A DNA stretch of 64,000 bases from Octopus vulgaris. Taxonomy: Eukaryota. The position numbers and the translations under genes were made by a program. Shown piece by piece: positions 13,261 through 25,779 of the stretch. The stretch spans positions 34,038,001-34,102,000 of the forward strand of contig OX597829.1 in the NCBI GenBank assembly GCA_951406725.2, read 5' to 3'. Each line of letters opens with the position of its first letter. Position 1 is the stretch's first letter. Below the pieces are notes generated by a model. That model was not told where the DNA came from and did not search any database. It saw nothing but the letters and a program-made list of their open reading frames with translations.

Positions 13261-13312
13261 GATATTTTTACCAATGTATTTATACAGAGAAACGTTAAAT
13301 TTCTCTCTCTCT

Positions 13313-13361
<49 letters not shown>

Positions 13362-14239
13362 GTATGTATGTATCTATCAAGCGCACACGCATAGGCACAG
13401 AATATTAAAAGTTTAAAGCTAGATGATGTTTCGAATGTATTCGCAGACCTGATGTACTTAAGTGGGCGTGTACTCGAAATTTTTTTATCAGTATTTTGCT
13501 TTACAAAAACCATTGTAAATACACGGATCTCAAAGAAATCCATTAATGAAGCAATACATATAGCGATATTATATGAAATAAACAATATGTGTATGTGTAC
13601 AGAGAGTAAACAACAGGTGCAACGAAGAAAGGCAACGTAAACAGTACGAAGAGTGTTTAAATGTTAGTGTAAATATAGATTTGAAGAATTATTATTAAGA
13701 AAATATTAACAGACCACTTATTTATGTTCATATATACATTTCAGGATATAAAAGGATTAAAAGAACGAAGGATCTATTAAGAGAATTTAACAACATACCT
13801 TCATTATAAAAGTTGCTGTTGGGACAGAAAGTTTATAACTGTTAAGCGAAAAACTGAACCAACCGGGTTATTAGGGGAAGTAACTCTAGAGTGTTTGAAC
13901 AAGAACATGTTTATCGAAATAAGTTCCTCGTGGCTAGATGACAATACTTACCTTTGAACTTCGACCTCTCCAATAGTTAAGAGTTAATTAAAGCAGATTG
14001 TCATCAGGCAATTATTTGTTATGTTCATGATAACTGTTTATATCAAAATATAAACTGCTACGGTAAATTAGTGGCGCATTAACTACGTTTTTGTTTCAAT
14101 GCTTTATTACATTAGAAAATATAATTATTGTCATTTGACGTCCACGTTCCATACTAGCTTGGATTGGACAATATTTCAATAGATTTTAGCTAACACACTA
14201 TGTATAGACGGATAGGCTTTTTCTTTTACATACATACGT

Positions 14240-14738
14240 ATATACATAGTTGCTTTCTCGTCTACGAGCAAAATCATTGCTAGAAAGAAGCAGTGATGCA
14301 ATGTAAGGCCCTTGTGTGGCTCTTGAGCCTAGTCAAAAACGAACACATTCTATTGCATAATGCACAGCTGTGCTGGCTGTCAGAGGAAACAGGTGCCACA
14401 GTACGAACTCTTTTGACATGTCTTTTCAATCCTCCAACTGAAAGGCACACCTTTCCACAGGCTGCACATGTTCTGTTGGGAACAATAGCCTTATCACCAT
14501 TTACAGTAGTGTGAGTTCTCTGATGACTGACCAGGCCTGCACAATCAAGCATTTTCTCCCACAAATCACACAAACAAAAAAGCAACACTCCCTCATTTTC
14601 CGTAGGTTCATTCCTTCTAAGCCTTCCCTTAATCTTCTCATGTTGCATTGTCTCTCTTTCAAACTTCGAACAACTACTTCCTCCATCCATTTTGGTCTTG
14701 TGTCTCCCTCTCCCTATCAACAACTGAAACTCCTGTGT
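14240..14738 (-). mobile_element. RTE-clade LINE 3' end with C2H2 zinc fingers
   Basis: KFERETMQHEKIKGRLR followed by fingers CDLW..GLVSHQRTH, CAACGKVCLSVGGLKRH and CALCNRMCSFLTRLKSH. Confidence 0.75.
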
Positions 14739-14814
14739 CATACATACATACATATACATACATACATACATGCATACATACATACATATATACATACATA
14801 CATACATACATACA

Positions 14815-15050
14815 TGATGGCTGCCCCCTCGTTATCGAGTATGGCCATTGCACGAAGCTTATCTGTTATTGGTGCTGTGATTGAATGTGACTTTTTAGCC
14901 CAGCTAAAGATCTACAATGTCTTGTACAGAATTGGCAGCTAAAACATTTACCGGTAATAGCCAGCTGTAGTTGTAACTGTGCTTCATGTACCTTTGCATG
15001 TCGTTTAAGTCCTCCTGCCGAATTACACTCTCTTCCACATACCTGGGAGA
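14815..15050 (-). mobile_element. Second RTE-clade LINE 3' end with C2H2 zinc fingers
   Basis: QVCGRECNSAGGLKRHAKVH...CQFCTRHCRSLAGLKSHIQSQH. Confidence 0.7.
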
Positions 15051-15109
15051 TATGATAAGTATACATACATACATACAATACACATATACATACAGACAGA
15101 CATACAAAC

Positions 15110-16940
15110 ATATACGTAAACCGCTGTACTTAGCTTTTGTTGACTTGGAGAAAGCTTTTGACAGGATCCCCTGATCCCTTATCTAGTGGTCAGTGCAGAA
15201 ACTAGGGATAGACAAGTGGCTAGTGAGAGCTGTACAAGCTATGTACAGAGACACTACTACCAGTAAGGTGAGTATTGACAAGTACAGCAAAGAATTCAGG
15301 GTACAAGTAGGGGGTTCACTAAAGATCAGTCCTAAACCCCCTCTTGTTCATCATAGTCCTCCAAGCAATAACAGAAGAATTTAAGACAGGCTGCCCCTGG
15401 GAGCTCCTCTAATCTGATGTCCTTGTTCTTATAGCTGAATCACAATCAGAACTAGAGGAGTTCCTGGTATAGAAGCAAGGTCTAGAATCGAAGGGCCTTA
15501 GCATTAACCTAGCAAAAACCAGAGTCTTAGCAAATAGGAAGGGAGACAAATCATAAGTCCCTTCAGGTAGATGGCCCTGCTTGATCTGTTGGAAAAGTGT
15601 AGGTAGTAACTCTATAAGGTGCACCCGGTCTAAGCTTTGGACACATAAAATGTGCAGCCATATAAAAGGAAGGATAACAGGGAAAATAACTTTTGTGTGT
15701 GGTAGATACACAGGTACAATAAACACCAAATATGTACAGAAAATAGACTCCATCAACTGCCATGAGGGTAAGCTAGAGGTAGTAGATAGCTTCCATTACA
15801 TAGGTGATCAAGTTAGTAGCAGAAGTGGATGCTTCAAAAGCATAGCTGTCAGAATAAGATTAGGCTGGGCAAAGTTTAAAGAGCTCCTGCCTCAGAGTGA
15901 AAAGCAGATTGTATGATGACTATGTGTGTGAACAACTATGCTGCATGGCAGTGAAACATGGGCTGTGACAGTTGAGAAGATGAGTAGGTTTGAAAGGAAT
16001 GGAGTCAGTATGCTTTGCTGGATGTGCAATGTCAGTGTGCATGTTTGACAGAGTGTAAGCATCTTGTGAGAAAAGTTAGGCATAAGATGCATGCACTAGT
16101 ATGGTCATGTGATGCATAATTACAAGGATAGCTATGTAAAGAAGTGTCAATCCATAACTGTGGAGGAACCAGTAGTAGAGGCAGACCCAGGAAAACTTGG
16201 GATGAAGTGGTGAAGCATGATCTCCGAACTTTGAGCCTCACATAGGCAATGACTACTGACCAAGACCTTTAGCGATACACTGTACTTGAGAAGACCCATC
16301 AAGCCAAGTGATATCACAGTTGTGGATGATGCTGGTGTCACATAACTGGCACCCATGCAGGTGGCACAAAAAAGCACCTTTCAAGCATTGAGACTCATGG
16401 AGGCAAAGTGGTTGAGCTGCTTTCAGATGTTGGGCCTCAGAAAGGCAATGACTGAGACCTTTGGCATTATGGTGTGCTTGGGAAGATCCATCAAGCCAAG
16501 TAAAATCACAGTCATAGCAGATACCAGTGTCATGCAAATGGCACCCATGCTGGTGGCACATAAAGGCACCTTTTGAGTACTGGGTCTCATGGAGGCAAGG
16601 ACCGAGACCATTTGCCAATATGCTGGGCTTCAAGCATTGGGCCTCACAGAGGCAATGACTGAATCCATTTGGCATTATGCCGTGCTTGCGAAGAAGACCC
16701 ATCAAGCCAAGTAAAACCACAGTTGTGGCAGATCCCAGTGTTACACAAATGACACCCATGCCGGTGGCATGTAAAAGCACCCATTACACTCTCATGATTG
16801 GTTGGTATTAGGAAGGGTATCCAGCTGTAGAAACCATGCCAAAACAGAGTGGAGTCTGGTGCAGCTTGCCAATCCTAGTCAAACTGCCCTACCCATGCCA
16901 GCAAGGACAATGGACATTAAATGATGATGATGATGATGAT
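15110..16940 (+). mobile_element. 5'-truncated RTE LINE (RT with PHD-like insert, 3' UTR, (GAT)n tail)
   Basis: KPLYLAFVDLEKAFDRIP, CPWELL*SDVL (YADD site), WPCLICWKSVGSNSIRC..WTHKMC, LHGSETW, RGRPRKTW, then a 3' UTR ending (gat)n. Confidence 0.9.
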
Positions 16941-17199
16941 ACATACAAACACAAATACCCTGTTGTTGACGTTGCAATTCCAATAACAGAACTTTGGATC
17001 TAGATTAGAAACCAGCTCTTTATTGGCAAGCAATCTTGAAATAAAACTGAACAATGACATACTTACACACTTACACATGCACACTATAACTAACAATGAA
17101 ATCAGGACATTAACACACTACAGCTGATCATGCAAAATTATGATATAATTGTGCTATAATTGATTAATTTGATTTTATAGCTTCAAACATTACTTTATA

Positions 17200-17915
17200 A
17201 CTGGCTGTGTGAAACTGTGAAAGAAAAAACAACTTATTGCACAGGCTGTGTGAAACTTTGATATTTATTTACTGCAACTGATTTTTTGCAGCTGCAATAT
17301 CAGTGACCTACATCCACATGAAGCTGTGATATTATTGTAGTACAATCGATTATGTGAAGCCATGATATTATGTCCAATATACTATAATTGATGGTATGAA
17401 CTGCAATACCAATGTAGTAGAATTGACTGTATCAAGTTGTGATACCATTGTACAACAAGTGATGATGGTATGAAGTTGTGATAACGATGTACAACAGCCA
17501 ATTGTGTGAAGGTATGATCTCAATATTACTACTTTTGATTGTATGAAGCTAAGGTATTCATATACTTTAAGTGATCATGTGAAGCAGTGATATCAATGTG
17601 TTATGACTGTGGGAAACAATATCAAATCAATATACAACTGATTCACTGAAGCTGAAATATTAAATGTATTACAACTCATGTTGTAAAGTTGTGATTCTGG
17701 TATCCGACAACTGATATGAAGTTAGTGAAGTACAAATAACTGTGTGGAGCTGTGATAATGATGTACTAATGATGATAGTATGAAGCTGTTATTTTTAGTC
17801 AATAAATTACAACTGAGTTCATTGTTTTACTACAACAGATTGTATGAAGCTGTAATATCAATGTCTTTTTACTGATTTTGTGGAACCTTGGATATAGTAC
17901 ATGATTGTAACATAA
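17200..17915. repeat. Degenerate ~35-36 bp minisatellite, roughly 20 units
   Basis: Approximate consensus gtatgaagctgtgatatcaatgtactacaactgatt, repeated head to tail. Confidence 0.8.
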
Positions 17916-18304
17916 CTTTAGTTCTGTGCAATCCAGAGTCAATATGTGTGTCAGCCTGGTAAGGAATCCAAAATAATTTCAGAGATAAAACATAATAAAA
18001 ACAAACAGGTTTGAGCAAGAAGGGTTCAATATTTCATAGCATGGTCCAAGAAAGAAAATTGACAGGAGAATTGAATATTCAGTTATGATTCTACACTATT
18101 TAATTTTTTTTATATATTGCTTTATTGGAAAGTTCTGTTTTTCCTTTCCTATATAAAATACCCATGTGCTAGTTTTTGTTTGTGTTTTTGAGCTCTTTTG
18201 GAATATTTCTACATGAATAGCTTGAAATCAATGATGAAATCAGGAACTGATGTCCTTGGAAGTCTTATATACAACTGATTTTTCATTTATAAATAATATT
18301 AACA

Positions 18305-19101
18305 TTAGGCCTCACCGAGGCAATGACCAGTGACCGAGACCTTTGGAAATATGCTGTGCATGAGAAGACCCGGCAGGACAAGTAAGTCCATAACCCGTAG
18401 CCTTTGCCGGGGATGTAGCCAACCCACTTATGCATACCTTTCCTTCTTTGGACATAAAACTCTGTTTGCGAAGACCTGTTGAGGCAAGAGAAATTGAAAA
18501 TGAATTCGAAATCTAACCACATCCGACAACTAGCACCCATGCCAACCTCCCTTCATTGGACACTAAACTCTGCTTGCGAAGACTTGTTGGGGCGAGTGAT
18601 ATCGAAATTGAACCAAATTCGATGACTGGCACCCGGTCATTGCCAGTGCTGCTGGACTGACTCCTGTGCAGGTGGAAAGTAAAGAAACACCATTTTGACC
18701 CTGTGCTTCAGGAGACCTATTGAGTCAAGTACATCAACATCAAAAATCAATGGAAATTGTAGTTTTGATCCCTGTGCCGGTGGCACATAAAAAGCACCAT
18801 CTGAACATAGCTGATGCCAGCGCAGCCTTGACTGACTTCCATGCCGGTGGCATGTAAAAAGCACCAACTGATCATGGCTGTTGCCAGCCTTGCTTGGCAC
18901 CTGTGCTGGTGGCACGTAAAAAGCACCCACTACACTCACGGAGTGGTCAACGTTAGGAAGGGCATCCAGCTGTAGAAACACTGCCAGATCAGACTGGAAC
19001 CTGGTGCAGCCTCCTGGCTTCCCAGACCCCGGTCGAACCGTCCAACCCATGCTAGCATAGAAAATGGACGTTAAACGACGGTGATGATGACAATGATGAT
19101 T
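18305..19101 (+). mobile_element. RTE LINE ORF end plus long 3' UTR
   Basis: GLTEAMTSDRDLWKYAVHEKTRQDK*, then a UTR ending ...ggacgttaaacgacggtgatgatg. Confidence 0.85.
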
Positions 19102-19974
19102 AACTATAAATTTAACAAGAGACATATCCATTGGTCTTTCTTTGGACTTGAGGACAATATATGCAGAATCAAAGTTCTGAGTGACTCTGAAACAAGAAAC
19201 ATTTCAGTAAATAACATGGTATTTGTGACCTGTATGCTATCACTATGGAAAATGTTGAATGCATAAATATTTCAAACTTTCAGATTCATAACAGTATGGT
19301 GATTGTGGGTTTTGGTTGGTGAAGGAGATGGGGAATATATATATATCATCATCATTACATCATCATCATCATCATCTGTTAATATAGGTTTTCCATGCTG
19401 GCATGGGTTGGACTGATTCACCAAAAATGATAAATTAAGGTTAGCTATTTTGGATGTTATATCAGAGGTCATAATGCCATGAAGATGAATAGAAGAGAGG
19501 AGCAAGCAGCTAGCCAACAAAGATCATGCAACTATAGAATTCATGAGAACTGTCCACCAGATAATAACTGTTTGGCTTAAGTCAATAGTTTACAGTGCAA
19601 TGGTTCACAGTGCTATGGCTTTGTTAAAGTTTATATGATTCTTACAGGAGACAAGTCCTTATGAATTCAAAATTACCTAGTCTATTGTACATAATGCACA
19701 ACCTTACAGGAATGGGACCTTTGAATCAAAGATATATGGTAATCTTTGAGCAAAAAATAAAATTTTGACGAAAGGCACCCATAATTTAAGCAAAAGAAAT
19801 AAATGTAGTTAAATATCTTCTATGCAAATACAAGCTTTCTTGAATTTCATTCTAGTTCAGAAAAGAAACCTTGGTTTTTAAAATGTTTAATTAATAGGTT
19901 TTATTGATATATGTCTTAATGTGTGTGCATGTGTATGTAGGAAGAATCTTATATATATCGGAAGAATCTTATTA

Positions 19975-21699
19975 CTTTCTTCCAAAGAAAGGGCTTACTG
20001 ATAATGATAGAAAGTAACATTAATAATATAGATTTTTTAGACATTATCTTACATTTGCAATTAGATTAAAAACCCTACCATAAGCCCAATGAAAAGCTAC
20101 TTTATATTAACAAAGAATCAAACCATCCACCTGTAATTCTTAAGAATCTAGTTAGTAATATAGGAAGGTGCATATCATCCATATCTTCAGATGAAATAGC
20201 ATTTCAAAATGCCACACCATATTATAATAATGCATTAAAGAACAGTTGATTCTCAGAGAAAATTCAGTATAGTCAAACTACTTCTAGCCATAATAGAACA
20301 TGTAGAACTAGAACTAGGAAAGTTTTGTGGTTTAATCCAGCATTTAACATTGCTGTAAAAACAAATATAGGTAGTTTCTAAACATTTTCAAACTAGCCAT
20401 GAGTTCTATAGAATTTTTAATAGGAGAACAGTGATGACTAGCTGTTCTTGTTGCAAAAACTTCACCTCTTTAATTAATCAACACAGCACAAAAATCATTA
20501 GAAGCAACCACAGTGCTGAGTTTAACCAGAAGAATTGTAATTTTAAAGATCAGAGTTGCTGTCTGTTAGAAGGAAAATGTCTTGAGAAAAGAATAGTTTA
20601 TAGAGCTAAAGTACAAATAGATGGCTCACAACAATATAAAACATACACAGGAGCTTCAAGGAATTCCTCCAAGACTAGGTTTTATTCCCACTGAAATTCT
20701 TTTCAATGCCCCAAAATAGGTCAGCAACAAGTCTTACAAAACACATCTGGCAACTGAAGGAAATGATACCTGTCCTTTCAATATCAGCTGAGCAATTTTG
20801 GAGAAAGCAGCACCATATAAACATGGGGCATATAGATAACCAATGAGATGAAATCTCTGCCTCTCTGAAAAATTCTTCATTGTGTTCTAGGAAAAACATG
20901 CATTGAACCAAAGACGAGAGCTTTTAAATTCTTGCAGGCACACTACAAAGTTTAAAATGTCAAAAAATATCATATGAATAATTTTTTCTCTTTTGAAAAA
21001 TTTTGCATTTGAATTTGGCTTTTATACCTAAAATATAGACATCTTGTAGTATTACAATGCTGGTACATATTTTGCCTTCATATTTTACATTCGAATTTTA
21101 CAAAAGCCTTCAACTCATTTGCAACTTTAAATTCAAATTCAAATTTTACCAAGGTTAAATATTTACGCACTTTTACTCATTCCCCTTTTTAAATTTGAAA
21201 TTTATATATTTTTAAAAATTTATATATTTAAACTACACTTACACCTGACAGTTTTCAATACATCTGTATGTGTATATACATTATGGTGTATCTATGTATC
21301 TTGATGTGGATATATGTATGTAGATATATATATATCTACATATATGCTTAATTGTATATTTGTATGCATGTCTACATGTGTGTTACTATTGTATATATGT
21401 ACGTATTTCTGTACATATATATGTCTGTTCTATATGTGTGCGTTTGCAAGCTTACAGAAGTATCTAACATTTGTTAGATACTTTTTGGGAACGCGAACTT
21501 CCAAATCATTTATCTCTCTCTATCTATTTTTTCTCTTTCTCTTTCTCTTTTTCTTTCTCCGACCACTTATCATTTTCTTATTTTCTTTTTTGTTTTCTTT
21601 TTCTAGCTTGTAACACCTAAGTTGTATATTTAGAAATACGCATGGAGATGCATTATATGTGTATATACATGTACATAGATACCTATATATGTATTAGTA

Positions 21700-21740
<41 letters not shown>

Positions 21741-22380
21741 TTTGCCTGTGTTTGTTTGTATATGCATGTAGGCATGTACCAACATTTGTATGTTTAGTGT
21801 ATATATGTATGTATAAATTTTTTGATATGTATATATATATATAGCTAAGTGTATATGTATTTTTATGATGTTAGTTCTATCTAAATGTTTTTATTTTAAA
21901 TAGGCATATCTTTTTAATTAATTAATTTAAATTCATTTTACCATTAATTAATTTTTCCTGGACATACAGAATTTTTCCTTCCACTAAAGCTAATTTTCGA
22001 TTTAAGCTTTTCTTTGATTTTCATATGATTTTAAATCGTAATTGTAATTTCATGTAACTGGTTATTGAAAAGACCGTTAGTTGAAAGGAAAAATGAAACA
22101 AAACCATTTTCATATGTAACCAATGAGATGAAATCTCTGCCTCTCTGAAAAATTCTTCATTGTGTTCTAGGAAAAACATGCATTGAACCAAAGAGAGCTT
22201 TTAAATTCTTGCAGGCACACTACAAAGTGTTTATACATATATTTATACATATATTTATACATATAACCTTATTTTTGTTCCATTCTCAACCAAAACTGTC
22301 TAATGAATGGGAATGTGAAACTCCGAATAACAGTTTTTGTGATGCTTTTACAGTTTTATTGATAAAGTATATATATATAT
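19975..22380 (+). mobile_element. Penelope-like element (RT thumb, GIY-YIG endonuclease, 3' region)
   Basis: YHKPNEKLLYINKESNHPP, RKVLWFNPAF, CCLLEGKCLEKRIVYRAKV...YTGAS...KTRFYSH, ILEKAAPYKHG, LCLSEKFFI, ELLNSCRH. A hammerhead relic lies near its end. Confidence 0.9.
22292..22337 (+). ncRNA. Degenerate type I hammerhead ribozyme
   Basis: aaaactgt-CTAATGA-atgggaatgt-GAAA-ctccgaa-TA-acagtttt. Stem I is a perfect 8 bp, the core has G5>A and stem II is eroded. Confidence 0.7.
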
Positions 22381-22459
22381 GTCTATACATATGTATGAAC
22401 ATTCAGGGAGCTATTTCCTTTGATGGTAATAAAAGGCTGCTCTCTCAGAGTAAAAGGCA

Positions 22460-23690
22460 GATTATATGATGCTTGTATATGAACAGTACTGTGAAATCTG
22501 AGCCACAAATGCAGATGACATCTGTATACAGAAGCGCTGATCCCTAAAAGTGGATAGAATTTGTGGAAGAGGTAAATCCAGGAAGGCATGGAATGCAGTG
22601 GTGAAATGACCTCAAGATGTCAAATCTCATGGAGATGATGATAAAACACTAAGATGATTGGTAATTTGCTGTGCTCAACAACACCCATCCATCTAAGCAA
22701 AAAATGAGATTCTAAAATCATATGTATGCCCTTGAACCCAATCTATCTCTGACATGTCTCTTCTCAGCAACTTGTCTACGTAACACCTAAACCTCATCAC
22801 TCTTCTGACTACAGCGCTATTTAATCAGCTGCTTTAATTGTATGATAGCTGAAGTGAACAAATTTCATTCCCATCATTTTGCATTCCTACTCACCCTTCC
22901 TGGGACCATTTACTTTAGCTCTTAATTTCTAAGAATCCTCCCTTACTCTCTTATTTTTCCAATCAATGCTCCTTTCACTTCCAATTTTCCCTCATACACT
23001 GCTTCATTCTGCCATCTCATCCCCTATGTACTTCTGATCTCAACTTTGGCACTGTGCATTTATTACTCACTGCCTACACTCCACATCACCTACACCACCT
23101 TCTTATTGCCTCTACCTTCTCCCTCCAAAAATTTATATTTTCCATTAACCATGCTTCCACTCATGTTCACCATATGCTGCATTCATCTCTCTCTCTCCAT
23201 CTCTATCCATCTGCTATTCTTTTTTCACACTCTCACAAACTTATCTACTCATTTACATGTCCAGCCCTCTGGACTACTTCTCATATATTCACCTTCTCTT
23301 ATATTCACCTTGAGGGTATGCTCTGAAACCTCTTCACACTCTTCTCTCTCTTTCCAGCTGAGTTAGCTATATATCTATTCTATTGAAAGACACTTGTTTC
23401 TGTCCTTTTGTCATATTTTATTCTTTCATTACCTGGTATAAAGCCACCTCCCTCAATAATGTACCTTTAGTTGACGAGGTCTTGCCATACAAGTTATTTG
23501 GTAACTTCACTACTGCCACTGTCACTTATATAGCACCAAGAACACACCATGTAAAGGTTGGTATTAGAAAAGGCATACAGTCTAGGAACCATGCCAAAGC
23601 AGACATTGGAAGCTGGCACTGTCTTTTGGCTTATCAGCTCCTGTCAAACCATCCAACTCATGTCGGTATGAAAAACAATGATGATTATAT
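22460..23690 (+). mobile_element. Old RTE LINE C-terminus and 3' UTR
   Basis: CGRGKSRKAWNAVV...DDW*FAVL, then the family tail ggttggtattagaaaaggcat...aatgatgat. Confidence 0.65.
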
Positions 23691-23699
23691 ATATATTAT

Positions 23700-25170
23700 T
23701 AGTCAATCTGTCATCAATAATGACCAAGGGCAGTACATGGGAGATGGGCCACAGTGTGTCCAGCTGTAGCTGATCAGTCTAATGCATGCTCGGAAGGCTC
23801 TGCTACAGATCTGCAAGGACTGAAGGGAAGGAGTTGGCTCTGGACTTGCTCAGTTCATGTTTCCTTTGTGCCCCTGCAATCCTGTTCTGATTGTCGGCAT
23901 TGGCACCTTTGTTGCCGTAGCTTCATCAGGTCTTGTTTTTGCATTTCCCAAGGTGTCAGGGTTGATCTCAAAGCTCTTCAGTGAGACTTTGAGCATATCC
24001 TCGAAGCACTTCTGTCCACCTTGTCTGCACTTGCCTTCTGTCAGTTTGCAGTAAAACAATCTCTTGTGGAGTCATATATCAGGCGTTCAAACAAGGTGGC
24101 GCCTGATCACCTGACTTGCACTCTCCTCAGCAGTGTCTAAATGCTTGGCAGATCAACTCAAGAGAGAACCTCTGTGTCATGGACTTTGTCTTGTCAGGTG
24201 ATTTACAACAGCTTTCTCAGGTAGTTTATGTGGAAGCAGTTAGCTTTTTGGCATGGTGTTCATAAACCATCCAAGTCTCACAGGTGTACAGTAGTGTAAG
24301 CAGTACAACTGCTTTTTATATCTTCAACTTGATAACAAGCCTAATATCGACTTGATGATAAACCTCTCCCAAATTGATTCACATAGCTGCACGAATGCTG
24401 AGCTTCCTTTGGCAATGCATGTAACAACTTGATTGTCATTGTTCACAGATCTGGAAAGTCTACTGCTGAGGTACTTGAACTTAGCAACAACCTTCAAGAT
24501 TTACCTTCACAGTGATAGTTAGTTCCACATACAACTTCTGAACAAGAAATTTTCCACTCCTCTGAGCTTTGCCTGCACCTTACTTTTTGTGATGTTATCG
24601 GCTGCTTTCTTGGAAGCTGATATGCTGTCTTGCTAAGATAATCTGTTGGTTTCACACTTTTGAATTTCTTAATCATTGTGTTGAACTAGTCGTGGTGTTT
24701 ACATGTGTTCTGGCCCAGATGAGTGAGTGCAGTGTTGTACACCACACCTTTAGACACCACTCAGTCTTTCCTGCTCCCTTTGTTCAAGCATCAAATTGGC
24801 TTCACTTGCTGTCCAAGTCCTCACTGAGATTCTGTTTCACATTGTGCCATTCAAATTTGCTGATGCTTAGTTGTTTGTTTGCCAGCTTCCCTTATCGTCA
24901 CTGCTTGGGCTGGATGTCAAGTTTTGCATGGATGAGTCTGAGATCAGTCCACCTTTCTGCACTACACATAGCCTTTGTCACCTTAACATCCCTCCTGTCC
25001 CATCTCCTGACTATGACAGAGTCAATTAGATGCTAATGCTTGCTGTGTGAAAGCATCAAGCACATCTTTTTGCAGTTGGAAAGGTACAACACTGAAGCTC
25101 AAGAAGATTTATGACAAGTATGTTCCAATTTTCTGAGTGCAAGACCCTATTTGTTTTGTTCAATCTTCCA
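23700..25170 (-). mobile_element. RTE-BovB-like LINE, endonuclease end joined to RT C-terminus by internal deletion
   Basis: HLIDSVIVRRWDRRDVKVTKAM..WTD (EN); KFKYLSS, VVLLTLLYTCETW, FYCKLTEGKCRQGGQKCFEDMLKVSLKSF (RT C-terminus). Confidence 0.8.
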
Positions 25171-25779
25171 AGAATGTCATTTTAAAGAACTAACAAAAAA
25201 GACCATTTTCAAATTCTTCATTTCTTTACTCAATCCTTTTTGCCTCTTGCTGTTCAGTACATGTTTAATTTTTCATGATGCCCTTGTACAAGTCTGAATA
25301 ATATCAAAATGTGATAACTATCTTACATCAGATCTTTTCCTAAAGATGATACCAGTATATTTCATTGATGTGTAGAAGTACGCAAAAGGAATACGGACAC
25401 TGAACAAAATCAAAGAATTTTACAATCTCTAGAGTAGTGCTTCTTAAAATGGGAGGAGGTGGAAAATGTTTTATAGATACTGAGTGCAGAGGACAGTGGA
25501 AGAGCAATAGATACATCTTTTAATTGTCCTACCTCTTAAAAATATTTTCAGTTATTATTTTGTGTAAACCATCTGATGATATTAGGAAACCAAAATGTCC
25601 TTTGACTATGAACAAGAAGTATTTTAATGGCAAGCAATTTGTTGGCAGCTTTTTTTTTTTGTAGTGTATGTAAGTTTTTCTTACAAGGGGACCATTGAAA
25701 GACTGTTTGTAAAAGAAAGGGCGCATAAATCATGGTGGTGCTCCAGCATGATGGCAGCTGCATGGCTGAAATGCATCCA

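Noticed and set aside
14280-14807. Host C2H2 zinc-finger gene
   Set aside because: No TGEKP linkers, preceded by LINE C-terminal sequence, and the ORF start lies in a microsatellite.
17200-17915. CRISPR-like array (period ~36 bp)
   Set aside because: The units are contiguous and degenerate with no unique spacers. There are no cas genes and the context is eukaryotic.
18637-19131. Recurrent ORF QSDLAVFLQLDALPNANHS (also at 40546, 47145, 61072)
   Set aside because: It is the antisense translation of the multi-copy RTE 3' UTR, not a gene family.
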